IMG/VR virus record: IMGVR_UViG_3300012347_000286 | Coordinates: 3,266 to 67,265 of that record | Length of the DNA: 64,000 bases | Source: a virus | Direction: 5' to 3' (one strand) | Part shown: positions 1-9,363 of the stretch, in pieces | Position numbering within the stretch: the stretch's first letter is position 1 | How the letters are laid out: every line of letters starts with the position of its first letter | Notes under the pieces: model-generated | The model's database searches: none | What the model saw: the letters and a program-made list of their open reading frames with translations, nothing else | Told to the model about the DNA's origin: nothing | Made by a program: the position numbers and the translations under genes

Positions 1-155
1 ACGGAATTGTAATTGGTTATTTTCTTAATCCATTTCTTGCAGTTGCTAAGGCAATCTTAGTGAATGCTTACAATGCTACATACACCCCAGGGTGTACAGG
101 TGATTGCAACCAAGGCAGAAACTGCACGTGTAAGGAGAAATGTAATGGGATTTAA
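1..155 (+). CDS. 3' end of an upstream gene (frame 3, open from the window edge); Cys-rich C-terminus ...TYTPGCTGDCNQGRNCTCKEKCNGI*
   Basis: Frame 3 is open from position 3 to TAA at 153-155. A Cys cluster resembling a zinc-ribbon tail (as in QueC-type proteins) is seen but not proven. Confidence 0.35.
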   Translation, partial: GIVIGYFLNPFLAVAKAILVNAYNATYTPGCTGDCNQGRNCTCKEKCNGI

Positions 156-381
156 GAATCCACTAGACTACAATAGAATGCACCATCAAGTTTATATGGC
201 TGGTGTTGAACTACATCACCCAGGTAACGACGGTTTCACTCAATTTGAAATTAAAAAAGACTTGCACAGAATCAAGTGGTTGCTTGATGAAATTATGGCT
301 GACGCACCTACATTTGCGGGTGAAGAAGAATTCTTAAAAGAACATGAGCAGGTGAAGATGTGGCGAACACTAAAGAAATGA
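145..381 (+). CDS. hypothetical protein (78 aa)
   Basis: ATG at 145 is preceded by AAGGAG at 133-138. The track ORF 64..381 is in the same frame but lacks an RBS. Confidence 0.5.
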   Translation: MGFKNPLDYNRMHHQVYMAGVELHHPGNDGFTQFEIKKDLHRIKWLLDEIMADAPTFAGEEEFLKEHEQVKMWRTLKK

Positions 382-662
382 CAGAAGCTGCTGATAGATT
401 CTTAGAAAAACTAAGAAACGACCCAGTCAAACTCAAAAAGTTTTTGCGTGATATCAATGGCCCTGAAAAACGAATCATTGAAGGCCAAGAACGTGAACAC
501 TTATTTCTAGTGTTCAACCTTATCGAGCCAACAAGCGAAAGCAACAATCAACATTGTTGGACGTCTGTATACCATCATGCAGGTAAAGAGTACCACTATA
601 CAGAAGGTTCAGGCTTTGACGAATTAATAGAGATTCTACCAGATGATTTTCAACAAGATTAA
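360..662 (+). CDS. hypothetical protein (100 aa)
   Basis: Track ORF with weak GGTGA RBS; overlaps the upstream gene by 22 nt. Confidence 0.5.
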   Translation: MANTKEMTEAADRFLEKLRNDPVKLKKFLRDINGPEKRIIEGQEREHLFLVFNLIEPTSESNNQHCWTSVYHHAGKEYHYTEGSGFDELIEILPDDFQQD

Positions 663-1104
663 ACACTTAAAGCAAGAAGGCAAGACAATTGGGATTACGT
701 TCAGTACTTTTGACCTACTCCACGCAGGCCACATCGCCATGCTTAGTGAAGCTAAAAACCATTGCGATTACCTTATTGCTGGGCTCCAAACGGACCCCAC
801 AATTGATAGACCTGATACTAAAAACGCGCCTGTACAATCAGTTGTCGAAAGACAAATCCAATTGGCGGCATGCCGTTATGTCGATGAAATCGTTGTGTAC
901 CAAACAGAACAAGACCTTATAGACCTAATCCTTATACTTCCGATTGATGTGCGTATCTTAGGTGTAGAGTATCAAAGTCAAGACTTTACTGGTCGTGAAC
1001 AAGGTGCTCAAAAGAATATCAATCACATCTTTAATAGTCGTGACCATTCATTCAGTAGTAGTGGCTTACGTAAGCGTGTAGCAGAAGCACAGAAGGGAAA
1101 GTAA
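643..1104 (+). CDS. cytidylyltransferase-family nucleotidyltransferase (TagD/RfaE-domain-II-like)
   Basis: N-terminal TFDLLHAGHI is the HxGH nucleotidyltransferase motif. A later RYVDEIV segment matches glycerol-3-phosphate cytidylyltransferase. Confidence 0.75.
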   Translation: MIFNKIKHLKQEGKTIGITFSTFDLLHAGHIAMLSEAKNHCDYLIAGLQTDPTIDRPDTKNAPVQSVVERQIQLAACRYVDEIVVYQTEQDLIDLILILPIDVRILGVEYQSQDFTGREQGAQKNINHIFNSRDHSFSSSGLRKRVAEAQKGK

Positions 1105-1400
1105 TGGATTTAGAAAAATTCGCTAATAGGTTTGGGTTCAAAGTAGTCAACGTCAGACACCATAGCCCATACCAATACTACGACAGTTATAACAGAACAG
1201 CTAGTTTCTATACCGATAGAGAACATACTACTATTGAAATGGAAATAGACCGTAGACGATTAGAATATTTGTCTAACTATTTTGAACAAAGTGAACGATT
1301 GGATCAACAAGACCGTGAAGAAGCATGGCTTCGTGATAAACATTCTGCACTTAAAGACGCCTACGACAAATACAAAATGTTAGTAGCACTTTACAAATAA
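1104..1400 (+). CDS. hypothetical protein (98 aa)
   Basis: Track ORF, start coupled to the upstream stop. Confidence 0.55.
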   Translation: MDLEKFANRFGFKVVNVRHHSPYQYYDSYNRTASFYTDREHTTIEMEIDRRRLEYLSNYFEQSERLDQQDREEAWLRDKHSALKDAYDKYKMLVALYK

Positions 1401-1480
1401 GGTAAATAAAGTAGCGGTCTCAGGCTCATCCCGCTTTACAAACTCTGCTGCCTATGCTATAATACACATAGGAGAAATCA

Positions 1481-1981
1481 ATGGCAAATAACCCAGTAAC
1501 ATACAAGTACACAAGTACTAAGGAATATATCGACTCATTCCCTTGCGCATATCGTCAATGGCGTGCAGATAGTCACTGTAATACAATTCATGGCTACAGC
1601 TTTTCAATGAAGTTCTATTTCGGTACAAACGATTTAGACGTTCGCAATTGGGCTGCTGATTACGGCGGCTTGAAAGAACTAAAGAAGATTCTTGAGGATC
1701 AGTTTGACCACACATTGTTAGTCGCAGAAGACGACCCAGAACTTGAAACATTCAAACTGTTGCAAGAAAAGAAAATGGCTAAACTAACAATCTTACCAAA
1801 GCTAGGTTGTGAAAGTTTAGCTGATATGCTTTACAAATATGTCAATGGTGTTTACGTCCCTGACTTATGGGGCGAAGGTGAAGCAAATAGATTGTGGTGC
1901 TATCGTGTTGAAGTACGTGAGACACAAAGCAACATGGCATTTAGAGAAGGTCACCGTGAATGGTGTGAGGAATTATTATGA
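1481..1981 (+). CDS. queD: QueD/PTPS-like protein (6-carboxy-tetrahydropterin synthase family) with non-canonical metal ligands
   Basis: [19 protein letters not shown] aligns to the QueD GHKCGRLHGHSF Zn motif, [10 protein letters not shown] aligns to LDHHYLND, and a C-terminal CE is present. Two of the expected His residues appear to be Tyr. Confidence 0.6.
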   Translation: MANNPVTYKYTSTKEYIDSFPCAYRQWRADSHCNTIHGYSFSMKFYFGTNDLDVRNWAADYGGLKELKKILEDQFDHTLLVAEDDPELETFKLLQEKKMAKLTILPKLGCESLADMLYKYVNGVYVPDLWGEGEANRLWCYRVEVRETQSNMAFREGHREWCEELL

Positions 1982-2160
1982 TGAAATTTAAATTAGGCGA
2001 TTTAGTTAAGAAAGTTTCCGGGTCACAATGGCACGGTGTTATTGTTGGTACATACTCAACTGAACTTACCCCAGAAGGTTACGCAGTTGAGAGTGATACT
2101 GAAAAGGGCTCTGTGCAGATTTACCCTGCAAAGGCACTTGAACTATGGGTCAAAGAATGA
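1978..2160 (+). CDS. hypothetical protein (60 aa)
   Basis: Track ORF, start coupled to the upstream stop. Confidence 0.45.
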   Translation: MMKFKLGDLVKKVSGSQWHGVIVGTYSTELTPEGYAVESDTEKGSVQIYPAKALELWVKE

Positions 2161-2999
2161 GCAAACTTAAAGTAGCAGAACTATTTTACAGCATTCAAGG
2201 TGAAGGGCGCTACATGGGCGTCCCATCTGTGTTCTTACGAACATACGGATGCAATTTTACATGCGGCGGCTTCGGCATGCCCAAAGGACAATTAAGTGAA
2301 GAACGAAACAACGTGGATGCAGAGAGCATCAAAGATTATAAATCCTTACCGCTTGTCAGTACGGGCTGTGATAGCTATGCATCTTGGGACCCTCGTTTCA
2401 AACATCTTAGTCCTGTGCTCGATACCGATAGTATTGCTAGTAGCATTATGGATATACTTCCTCACGGTCGTTGGCAAGATGAACATCTTGTTATCACTGG
2501 TGGCGAACCTCTTCTTGGATGGCAAAGAAGCTATCCAGACTTACTTTCAAACGAAGACATGAAACGTTTGCGTGAGTTGACATTTGAGACTAATGGTACT
2601 CAAAAGTTATCTCACGAGTTTATGGCGTACTTGCAAGAGTGGAAGCGTCACAAAGAGAAGAACGCATTGACATTTAGTGTCAGTCCTAAACTAAGCAACA
2701 GTGGAGAGAAGTGGGATGAAGCAATTTTGCCTGATGTTATATATCAATACCAGTCTGTGGGTTTCGTATACCTTAAGTTCGTGGTGGCATCAGAAGAAGA
2801 TGTACAAGAGGCAGTGAAAGCTGTAGCTGAATATCGCAAAGGTGGCTTTACTGGTCCAGTATACTTGATGCCAGTAGGTGGCGTTGAAAGTGTTTACACT
2901 ATGAACGCAAAGAACGTAGCACTAGCGGCGATGAAGCTAGGCTTTAGGTACTCGGATAGACTCCAAGTGCCATTATTTAAAAATGAATGGGGTACATAA
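2145..2999 (+). CDS. queE: 7-carboxy-7-deazaguanine synthase QueE-like radical SAM protein
   Basis: [24 protein letters not shown] matches the QueE N-terminus. The cluster motif reads C-x3-C ... then GCDSYASW (QueE CDSxxTW), implying about a 34-aa insert between Cys2 and Cys3. Confidence 0.8.
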   Translation: MGQRMSKLKVAELFYSIQGEGRYMGVPSVFLRTYGCNFTCGGFGMPKGQLSEERNNVDAESIKDYKSLPLVSTGCDSYASWDPRFKHLSPVLDTDSIASSIMDILPHGRWQDEHLVITGGEPLLGWQRSYPDLLSNEDMKRLRELTFETNGTQKLSHEFMAYLQEWKRHKEKNALTFSVSPKLSNSGEKWDEAILPDVIYQYQSVGFVYLKFVVASEEDVQEAVKAVAEYRKGGFTGPVYLMPVGGVESVYTMNAKNVALAAMKLGFRYSDRLQVPLFKNEWGT

Positions 3000-3187
3000 T
3001 GAGTGAGCAAATTACAGATATTGACGATCCGGTTGCGAGATTTTTAGCAGAGGGCGGCAAGATTACACAAGGTGCATATAAAGAAAGCGGCAGAGCGGAA
3101 GGTGCTAGTACTAACATTTGGTCTAGAAAACCAGGACGCCCTAAAGCAGACGCTATCACACCTGTAGTTGATACTGAGAAAGAATAA
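2999..3187 (+). CDS. hypothetical protein (about 62 aa)
   Basis: ATG overlaps the QueE stop (TAATG); in frame with track ORF 2987..3187. Confidence 0.4.
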   Translation: MSEQITDIDDPVARFLAEGGKITQGAYKESGRAEGASTNIWSRKPGRPKADAITPVVDTEKE

Positions 3188-3188
3188 A

Positions 3189-3812
3189 ATGTTAGAAACA
3201 ATTTGCGAAGTATTAGAAGATGCATATAATCGTAACTGGATTACAAGTCGTGACGGTAACGTGAGTATCCGTCATCACGACCGCGAACATTTTTACATCA
3301 CACCAAGCGGTGTACGTAAGCAGACACTACAACCTGACCAGTTTAAGAAGATTGGTATTGTGAGTAGCTTGATGTGGCGAGAAGAAGAATACACTGACAT
3401 TAGTTCTAAACTAAAACCCAGCGGTGAGATTCCATTACACTTCGGATTACAGAAGAACATGGGTCAACATATCAATGATGTGCGTGTAGTTGTACATGTG
3501 CATCCTACTTATTGTATTGCTGCGATGCATGCCGGTATCGACCTTTCTACTATCAGCGATGCGTTTCCAGAACTAAATCGCTACACAAAGGTAGCACCTA
3601 ATGTCGGTGATGTTGCTCCAATCAGTCAAGAGTTAGCTGATAAGTGTTTTGAGAATCTACAATTGGATAACTACGGTAACATTGCGTATGATATCGTGGG
3701 TATCAAAGGACACGGGGTAGTTGCTATTGATACAAGCCCATGGCGTGCGTATGAGCATATTGAACGGCTAGAACATATTTGCAAGATTGTGTTGGCATCA
3801 GGTAAATACTAA
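3189..3812 (+). CDS. class II aldolase/adducin-family protein
   Basis: GAGAAAG RBS. SRDGNVSIR (GNiS.R motif) and the VVHVHPTY His cluster are typical of AraD/FucA-like class II aldolases. Confidence 0.65.
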   Translation: MLETICEVLEDAYNRNWITSRDGNVSIRHHDREHFYITPSGVRKQTLQPDQFKKIGIVSSLMWREEEYTDISSKLKPSGEIPLHFGLQKNMGQHINDVRVVVHVHPTYCIAAMHAGIDLSTISDAFPELNRYTKVAPNVGDVAPISQELADKCFENLQLDNYGNIAYDIVGIKGHGVVAIDTSPWRAYEHIERLEHICKIVLASGKY

Positions 3813-4093
3813 TGATAAGCACACGTATTATAGACAATGATATGGGTGCGGTAGCAAAGGTGCCTCTTACTGGTAGAGGCACTGTGCATGGTATCAACGT
3901 TGAAATTGATAAAGTCAAACTACCCGAACTTGACATGAGTTTGTTAGAAATGTTGTCTGATGACATGGGCTTGAAACGTTTCAGCGAACATTGCGAAGAA
4001 CATCTGGGCAATAGTGAACTTGAAAAGAAGTTCATTTCAGAGTATACTACGTTTGTAACACCACTTAACAAATCAGGAAAAGCGAGATATTGA
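3812..4093 (+). CDS. hypothetical protein (93 aa)
   Basis: Track ORF, ATGA overlap with the upstream gene. Confidence 0.5.
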   Translation: MISTRIIDNDMGAVAKVPLTGRGTVHGINVEIDKVKLPELDMSLLEMLSDDMGLKRFSEHCEEHLGNSELEKKFISEYTTFVTPLNKSGKARY

Positions 4094-4305
4094 TGAATGA
4101 AAAAATAAAAGAACTTGCGGTACTAGCAAAGATACAAATGGTTAGCGAACCACGCCTTGAAGACTTTGCTGACAGATTGATTAAAGAATGTATCAGTGCA
4201 ATCGAAGAAGTAAAGAAGTCTCCGGCGACTACTTACGAGCGTGATATGACAGACTCCGAGGCTATTGATAAATGCATCCAGGCAATCAAGGATACGTTTC
4301 AATGA
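4090..4305 (+). CDS. hypothetical protein (71 aa)
   Basis: Track ORF, ATGA overlap. Confidence 0.5.
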   Translation: MMNEKIKELAVLAKIQMVSEPRLEDFADRLIKECISAIEEVKKSPATTYERDMTDSEAIDKCIQAIKDTFQ

Positions 4306-5651
4306 AGCTATATAGCAAGCGTATTGCATTTTTAATTAGCGACCAGCACTTTATACCTCACGGTGGCATTGGCTCATTCTGTAAAAGTTTTACAGAGATG
4401 TGCGGTCGACTGAATTGGAAAGTAGATATCATTTTAGACAAAGTACCTACTGGTACTTTTGATGATGTTATTAAAGGTGCAGGCGCTAACATTGTAGTAC
4501 CGGATCTACCATTGCGATATAGTGACCATACTGCGACATTCGCATTTAGCGACACTATTAACTTTGAAAAGATTATCAACTTCCGTAAAGCACTATTGAA
4601 AGCATTTGAGACAAACGTATATGATATGATTGTTTGCAATACGCAGGAAGCAATGACTGCAAGTTATGCAATGACAGTGAACAAGTACATACCTGTTGTA
4701 TTCTACACTCACTTGCATAGTATGATTTTCCGTGATACCCAAGGCAGTGATGTGTTCTTGGATTCTTATCATAACTTCTACAACAAACACATGGAGTTCT
4801 CTGACATTATAATCGGTACGCAAAGTCAGAAGAATATCGATGAACTAACTAAGTACGGCGCAAGTAACTGCGTACTACTGCGTATGCCAATGAGTGAGCG
4901 CGGTCTACTGGAACAAAACACTATTAATGAGCGAAGTGGCGTGTTGTTCATCGGTCGTTGGGAAGAAGGTAAGAACCCTGAATCATATATTAGAGCGATG
5001 AAGGAAGCAAAACTCCCATGCAAAGTTATGACAAACAATAACGGTGCTAAGAAGTTTGAGAAAGCATTTACTGACGCGGGTATCACGGATTATGAAATCA
5101 AAGCAGGCATCACAGGGCAAGAGAAAGTAGACTTCATTAAAAGTTCTAAAGTCTTCTTCATGCCTAGCTTGCGAGAGAACTACCCCTTTGCATTCTTAGA
5201 ATGTCTAGGTCATATGCCATGCGTAGTATTAGATAAGCAAGACTGGTCTGATAACTTTGATTCATCATTGTATCATAAATGCAAGCAAGATGACGTTCCC
5301 GCAATGCTCAACGAATTGTACACATCAGATTCGCGTGGTGCATTAGAGTATGTCAAGTCATTAGATGACGATGTGGCTACTGGTTGGATTAAGTTCTTAG
5401 ATGAATTTGTGGGTAAGCGTAGTAATACAAATGCTGCAAAGATTAACAACTATGAGACAATCAAATACCGTGACTATATCACTGAGTTGGAACGTACTCA
5501 TTTAGCACGTGAAGATTTTGAATCAGTACTGGCAAACAAGTACAAGTTCATTAATGTTTGGTATACTGACTCAGACACATACTTGAGCAAAGATCCAACA
5601 TATAAACCAGTGGAGGAAGTAACAGCTACAGGTCTGTTCAGTTTCGAATGA
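4302..5651 (+). CDS. glycosyltransferase, GT4 (group 1) family
   Basis: C-terminal FIGRWEEGKN ... FMPSLRENYPFAFLECLGHMPCVV matches the GT4 E-x7-E signature. AAGGA RBS sits before the ATG at 4302. Confidence 0.7.
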   Translation: MKLYSKRIAFLISDQHFIPHGGIGSFCKSFTEMCGRLNWKVDIILDKVPTGTFDDVIKGAGANIVVPDLPLRYSDHTATFAFSDTINFEKIINFRKALLKAFETNVYDMIVCNTQEAMTASYAMTVNKYIPVVFYTHLHSMIFRDTQGSDVFLDSYHNFYNKHMEFSDIIIGTQSQKNIDELTKYGASNCVLLRMPMSERGLLEQNTINERSGVLFIGRWEEGKNPESYIRAMKEAKLPCKVMTNNNGAKKFEKAFTDAGITDYEIKAGITGQEKVDFIKSSKVFFMPSLRENYPFAFLECLGHMPCVVLDKQDWSDNFDSSLYHKCKQDDVPAMLNELYTSDSRGALEYVKSLDDDVATGWIKFLDEFVGKRSNTNAAKINNYETIKYRDYITELERTHLAREDFESVLANKYKFINVWYTDSDTYLSKDPTYKPVEEVTATGLFSFE

Positions 5652-6481
5652 AAAAGATTTTAATTACAGGTAACTCAGGTTACATTGGGAGTCACTTAAC
5701 CAAGTTGTTAGGTAATGATTATGAAGTGTATGGGTTGGACTTGAAGAATCCTCAAGTTCCAGTCACTAAGCAATTCAAGCACGATATTAGACAAAACATT
5801 CCTGCTTCAAGTATTGAGTTTGATGCAGTTGTACATCTGGCTGCATTGGTTAATGTAGGTGAGAGTGAGAAACTTCCCACTGATTACTATATGACAAACT
5901 TCTGCGGTACATTGAATGTTATGAACACGGTGAAGTTTAAAAACTTTATCTTTGCTAGTACCGGTGCTGCTGAAAAGTGTGAAAGTGCTTATGGAACAAG
6001 TAAGAAAGCCGCAGAGGATTGTGTACGTGAGTGGTGCAATTATAAGAACGTCCCGTACACTACTTTTAGATTCTACAACGTAATTGGATCAGATGGATTC
6101 AAACCAACGAACCCAGATGGATTGATGTACAATTTAATTAGAGCACTAGATACTAAAGAGTTTACTATTTTTGGGGATGACTACAATACAGTAGATGGTA
6201 CTTGTGTTAGAGACTACGTACATGTAATGGAAATATGTAACGCATTGAAACTAGCAATTGATAAGCCTGCGAACAGTTTGCAGAATTTGGGTCACGGAAT
6301 CGGACACACAGTAAAAGAAATGGTTGAAATCTTTGGTATGACTAATGATGTAACTATTAATGTTACATGTGGTCCAAGACGTAAGGGTGACATTGAAAAG
6401 TCAGTCCTCTCGGACGTTAGCCCATACATGAAGAAACTCTATGAGATTGACGAACTGCTTAAGGTTGACAATATATCGTGA
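5648..6481 (+). CDS. NAD-dependent epimerase/dehydratase (SDR family, UDP-sugar epimerase-like)
   Basis: N-terminal ILITGNSGYIGSHL is a Rossmann GxxGxxG motif, and a YxxxK-type region (YGTSKKAAE) is present. Confidence 0.8.
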   Translation: MKKILITGNSGYIGSHLTKLLGNDYEVYGLDLKNPQVPVTKQFKHDIRQNIPASSIEFDAVVHLAALVNVGESEKLPTDYYMTNFCGTLNVMNTVKFKNFIFASTGAAEKCESAYGTSKKAAEDCVREWCNYKNVPYTTFRFYNVIGSDGFKPTNPDGLMYNLIRALDTKEFTIFGDDYNTVDGTCVRDYVHVMEICNALKLAIDKPANSLQNLGHGIGHTVKEMVEIFGMTNDVTINVTCGPRRKGDIEKSVLSDVSPYMKKLYEIDELLKVDNIS

Positions 6482-6493
6482 TTGTGTTATAGT

Positions 6494-7531
6494 ATGACTA
6501 TGACTACATCTACACACACAAAACGTATCGGCTTTGCTTGCAAATGGGCAGAGATTAACAAAAAAGGCGAGATTGCTAGTGCTGAGGGCCTGAACACAGG
6601 TGGCACTACTCTTGCATGGGCGAATCGCAACAAGCGTGATATCGTGGAACAAAAGATTATTGACGTTGCAAAAACTAACATTGTCAATACCCACGCACTC
6701 ATTAAGAAAGTCGCAACACTTCCTAATGAATTACGCATGTTGCGATTGACTTCGGATATGTTGTCATTCTATACACATGATGCCTATACAGACTTCTGGC
6801 AAAGCAAGTACATGCAAGATTCACTTGCTCGATGGTTCGCCCCACTAGGTGAAACAGCACGACAAAACAATGTTCGTCTAAGTTTTCACCCCGACCAGTT
6901 TGTAGTTCTTGCAAGTGACCGTGACGATGTAGTAAACAATTCAATTAGGGAGTTCGAGTATCATGCAGACATGGCCCGCTGGCTTGGTTATGGCAAGTCA
7001 TTCCAAGATTTTAAAATCAATGTACATATCTCAGGCCGCAAGGGCCCGCAAGGCATTAGAGATGTATACGGCCGTCTTAGCCCTGAAGCACGTAACTGTC
7101 TAACACTAGAGAACGAGGAATACACGCATGGACTTAATGATACTCTATTACTATCTGATATCGTTCCCACTGTACTTGACATTCATCATCATTGGATCCG
7201 GGAAGGGGAATATATCTCGCCTAGCGATGACCGCGTCAAACGTGTTATCGATAGCTGGCGCGGTACTCGCCCCACTCTACACTATAGTGTTAGTCGTGAG
7301 GATGTACTTGTGGGGCACTCAGCTACAATCAGTCCAGACCACACTCAACTGATTACTGAAGGACTAAGTAAACAAAAGCTCCGCGCTCATAGTGACTACT
7401 ACTGGAATGATTCAGTAAATAATTGGGCACTGTCATTCTTAGATAAATTCGATATGATGTGTGAAAGTAAAGCTAAGAACTTAGCCAGCTTTAAACTATA
7501 CGAAAAGGCAAAACAAGATGGGATTATTTGA
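6494..7531 (+). CDS. uvdE: UV damage endonuclease UvdE
   Basis: Blocks VRLSFHPDQFVVLAS, NVHISG, LTLENEE, DIHHHW and RAHSDYY align with Bacillus/S. pombe UvdE (SFHPNQF, NIHIGG, LENDD, HHF, RSHADY). Confidence 0.8.
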   Translation: MTMTTSTHTKRIGFACKWAEINKKGEIASAEGLNTGGTTLAWANRNKRDIVEQKIIDVAKTNIVNTHALIKKVATLPNELRMLRLTSDMLSFYTHDAYTDFWQSKYMQDSLARWFAPLGETARQNNVRLSFHPDQFVVLASDRDDVVNNSIREFEYHADMARWLGYGKSFQDFKINVHISGRKGPQGIRDVYGRLSPEARNCLTLENEEYTHGLNDTLLLSDIVPTVLDIHHHWIREGEYISPSDDRVKRVIDSWRGTRPTLHYSVSREDVLVGHSATISPDHTQLITEGLSKQKLRAHSDYYWNDSVNNWALSFLDKFDMMCESKAKNLASFKLYEKAKQDGII

Positions 7532-7940
7532 TAAATTAAAAGAGGTCTTTAATAAGAAGGAAGAAAAACTTCCTGAACCAAAGAAGGCTCCTAAGGTTAA
7601 GGAACCAACCAAAGAGCTAACTGAAAAAGAGAAAGCTACACTAGCGGGTGAACCCTATGTCTCGATTATCTCGGTTGACTTGGATCCTAATGATATAAAC
7701 AACGGGGCTTTTGAACTTGACTACAACGAAAAATTTGTTGTAAATTTGATTAGAGCAGGGTATAAGTTTAAAGACAGTGACACAGATAATACTATCGTAG
7801 ACAGATGGTTTCAAAATGTATGTCGAAATGTTGCATTAGAAGTCTATGAGCAGGTCCAAGCAGACCCATCCAATCGCAATGAGGATCTTCGTAACATTCG
7901 ACAACGAGACATTGGCAACGGTCGCACAGAAGTAAGCTAA
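7518..7940 (+). CDS. hypothetical protein (140 aa)
   Basis: Track ORF, overlaps the uvdE end. Confidence 0.55.
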   Translation: MGLFDKLKEVFNKKEEKLPEPKKAPKVKEPTKELTEKEKATLAGEPYVSIISVDLDPNDINNGAFELDYNEKFVVNLIRAGYKFKDSDTDNTIVDRWFQNVCRNVALEVYEQVQADPSNRNEDLRNIRQRDIGNGRTEVS

Positions 7941-7952
7941 AAGTACTCATAT

Positions 7953-7990
7953 TAAAAGTCAACAAAAAGGTTGACTTTTATTCTTTTTGG
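7953..7990 (+). terminator. rho-independent terminator (10-bp perfect hairpin AAAAGTCAAC/GTTGACTTTT plus T-run) overlapping the next -35
   Basis: Inverted repeat at 7953-7962 and 7969-7978 is followed by TTATTCTTTTT. Confidence 0.6.
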
Positions 7991-7999
7991 TTGTATAAT
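7971..7999 (+). promoter_or_regulatory. sigma70-type promoter (TTGACT-17-TATAAT)
   Basis: -35 at 7971-7976 and -10 at 7994-7999, upstream of the 8034 start. Confidence 0.7.
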
Positions 8000-8033
8000 A
8001 GATTCATCTTGTAAGCAACTCAATGGAGTAAAA

Positions 8034-9362
8034 ATGGCAACAGTAGTAGCAACATCTAAATTGGCAAAAACAAAAGTAAAGCCAAAAGTTAATATCAAAA
8101 CAGCACGTAAGTCAACATTCGGGCTCACCTTTGATTATTTCAAACGTGACCCAAATGGTCGTCAAATTAATAACATCCTTGAACGTAAGCCCGGGCAGTA
8201 TGCACAAATCTCAATCGAAGATTTAGTTAACAAAGTTAACACTGGTGGCAACATTGATTTTATGTCAGCTCTTGAGCGTTATCAAAAGCTGGCAATTATG
8301 TTCGACCCAGCAAACTTCCCTGTGACTGGAATGGTCCTGCTAGGCGACTTGGCAAGTGACGAAGACATTCAGCGTGAGTTAGATGTGCCTCACGCTACGA
8401 ACATTTTTGCATACTTTGATGAACAACGTGTCCAGTCTATTCAGGCTGTGAAGACACCTGGCAAGCAAGAATATACAATGGTAAACGGACAACATACTGC
8501 AACTACCGTTGCGTTGATTGTTGCATCGGGTTTGATGAAGGGTTGGAAAGCTAAAGATTGGAAGAAGTTCCCAATCTTAGTTTCATACATTGAAACACTG
8601 GATCGTAGTAAAGCACGTGAAACGTTTGCTTTGTTGAACGGCGAAATGTCAAAAGACATTACAACTTTCGACCACTGGAAGCAACACTATTTGTCAGTTC
8701 GTTTAGATGGTAGCAAGAATCCAAAGTACTTGCACACTGCAAAACTGATTCAAATCTTAAAGACTTACGAATGCATTCCCTTACCAGAAGACCATGATGA
8801 TGCAGGTATGGCAGGTGCAGTTACTCACTTGAACGCTGTGGAAACAGCAGCCAAAGGTGGTGACTATGAGAAGTTAGAATTCATCTTTGCAAATCGTAAC
8901 AAGTTCTGGAACAGTCTCCCAGTTGATAACACTGAATTTGGTTTCTACGGTACTCTGTTAGATATCACTGAGGCAGAAAATATCTTGCGTAACTCGCAAG
9001 ATTTTGAAGAATTTGTCGAAGACATTCATGCAGTGGTGCAAAAAGTATTCTCGGGTATGCCTAAGCTGAAGGGCAGTGTTACCAAAGCGTACAAAAAGTA
9101 TCGCTATGACCAATTTGTTGATAAGAACGCAAGTGTCCCATTCAACGTTGCGCTGTATGTTACCTATAAAGTTTACAAGATGCTTGGTGGTACATTTGAT
9201 ATCGCTCCGCTGAATTCAATGTACGTTCACAACAAGGTTGATGTGTTGCACTACCTCACTGATGATGAACTTGCATTCATTAACAAACTGGTTCCTGCTA
9301 AGAGCAAACTCAAAGGCAAGAACGTAGTGATTCCAAAAGCTACTAAAAAGAAAGTAAAGTAA
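8034..9362 (+). CDS. DGQHR-domain (DndB/DpdB-like, ParB-fold) protein, divergent
   Basis: GGAG RBS. MVNGQHTATTVALIV resembles the DGQHR motif of DndB/DpdB. The first 21 codons of track ORF 7971.. lie inside the promoter. Confidence 0.5.
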   Translation: MATVVATSKLAKTKVKPKVNIKTARKSTFGLTFDYFKRDPNGRQINNILERKPGQYAQISIEDLVNKVNTGGNIDFMSALERYQKLAIMFDPANFPVTGMVLLGDLASDEDIQRELDVPHATNIFAYFDEQRVQSIQAVKTPGKQEYTMVNGQHTATTVALIVASGLMKGWKAKDWKKFPILVSYIETLDRSKARETFALLNGEMSKDITTFDHWKQHYLSVRLDGSKNPKYLHTAKLIQILKTYECIPLPEDHDDAGMAGAVTHLNAVETAAKGGDYEKLEFIFANRNKFWNSLPVDNTEFGFYGTLLDITEAENILRNSQDFEEFVEDIHAVVQKVFSGMPKLKGSVTKAYKKYRYDQFVDKNASVPFNVALYVTYKVYKMLGGTFDIAPLNSMYVHNKVDVLHYLTDDELAFINKLVPAKSKLKGKNVVIPKATKKKVK

Positions 9363-9363
9363 A

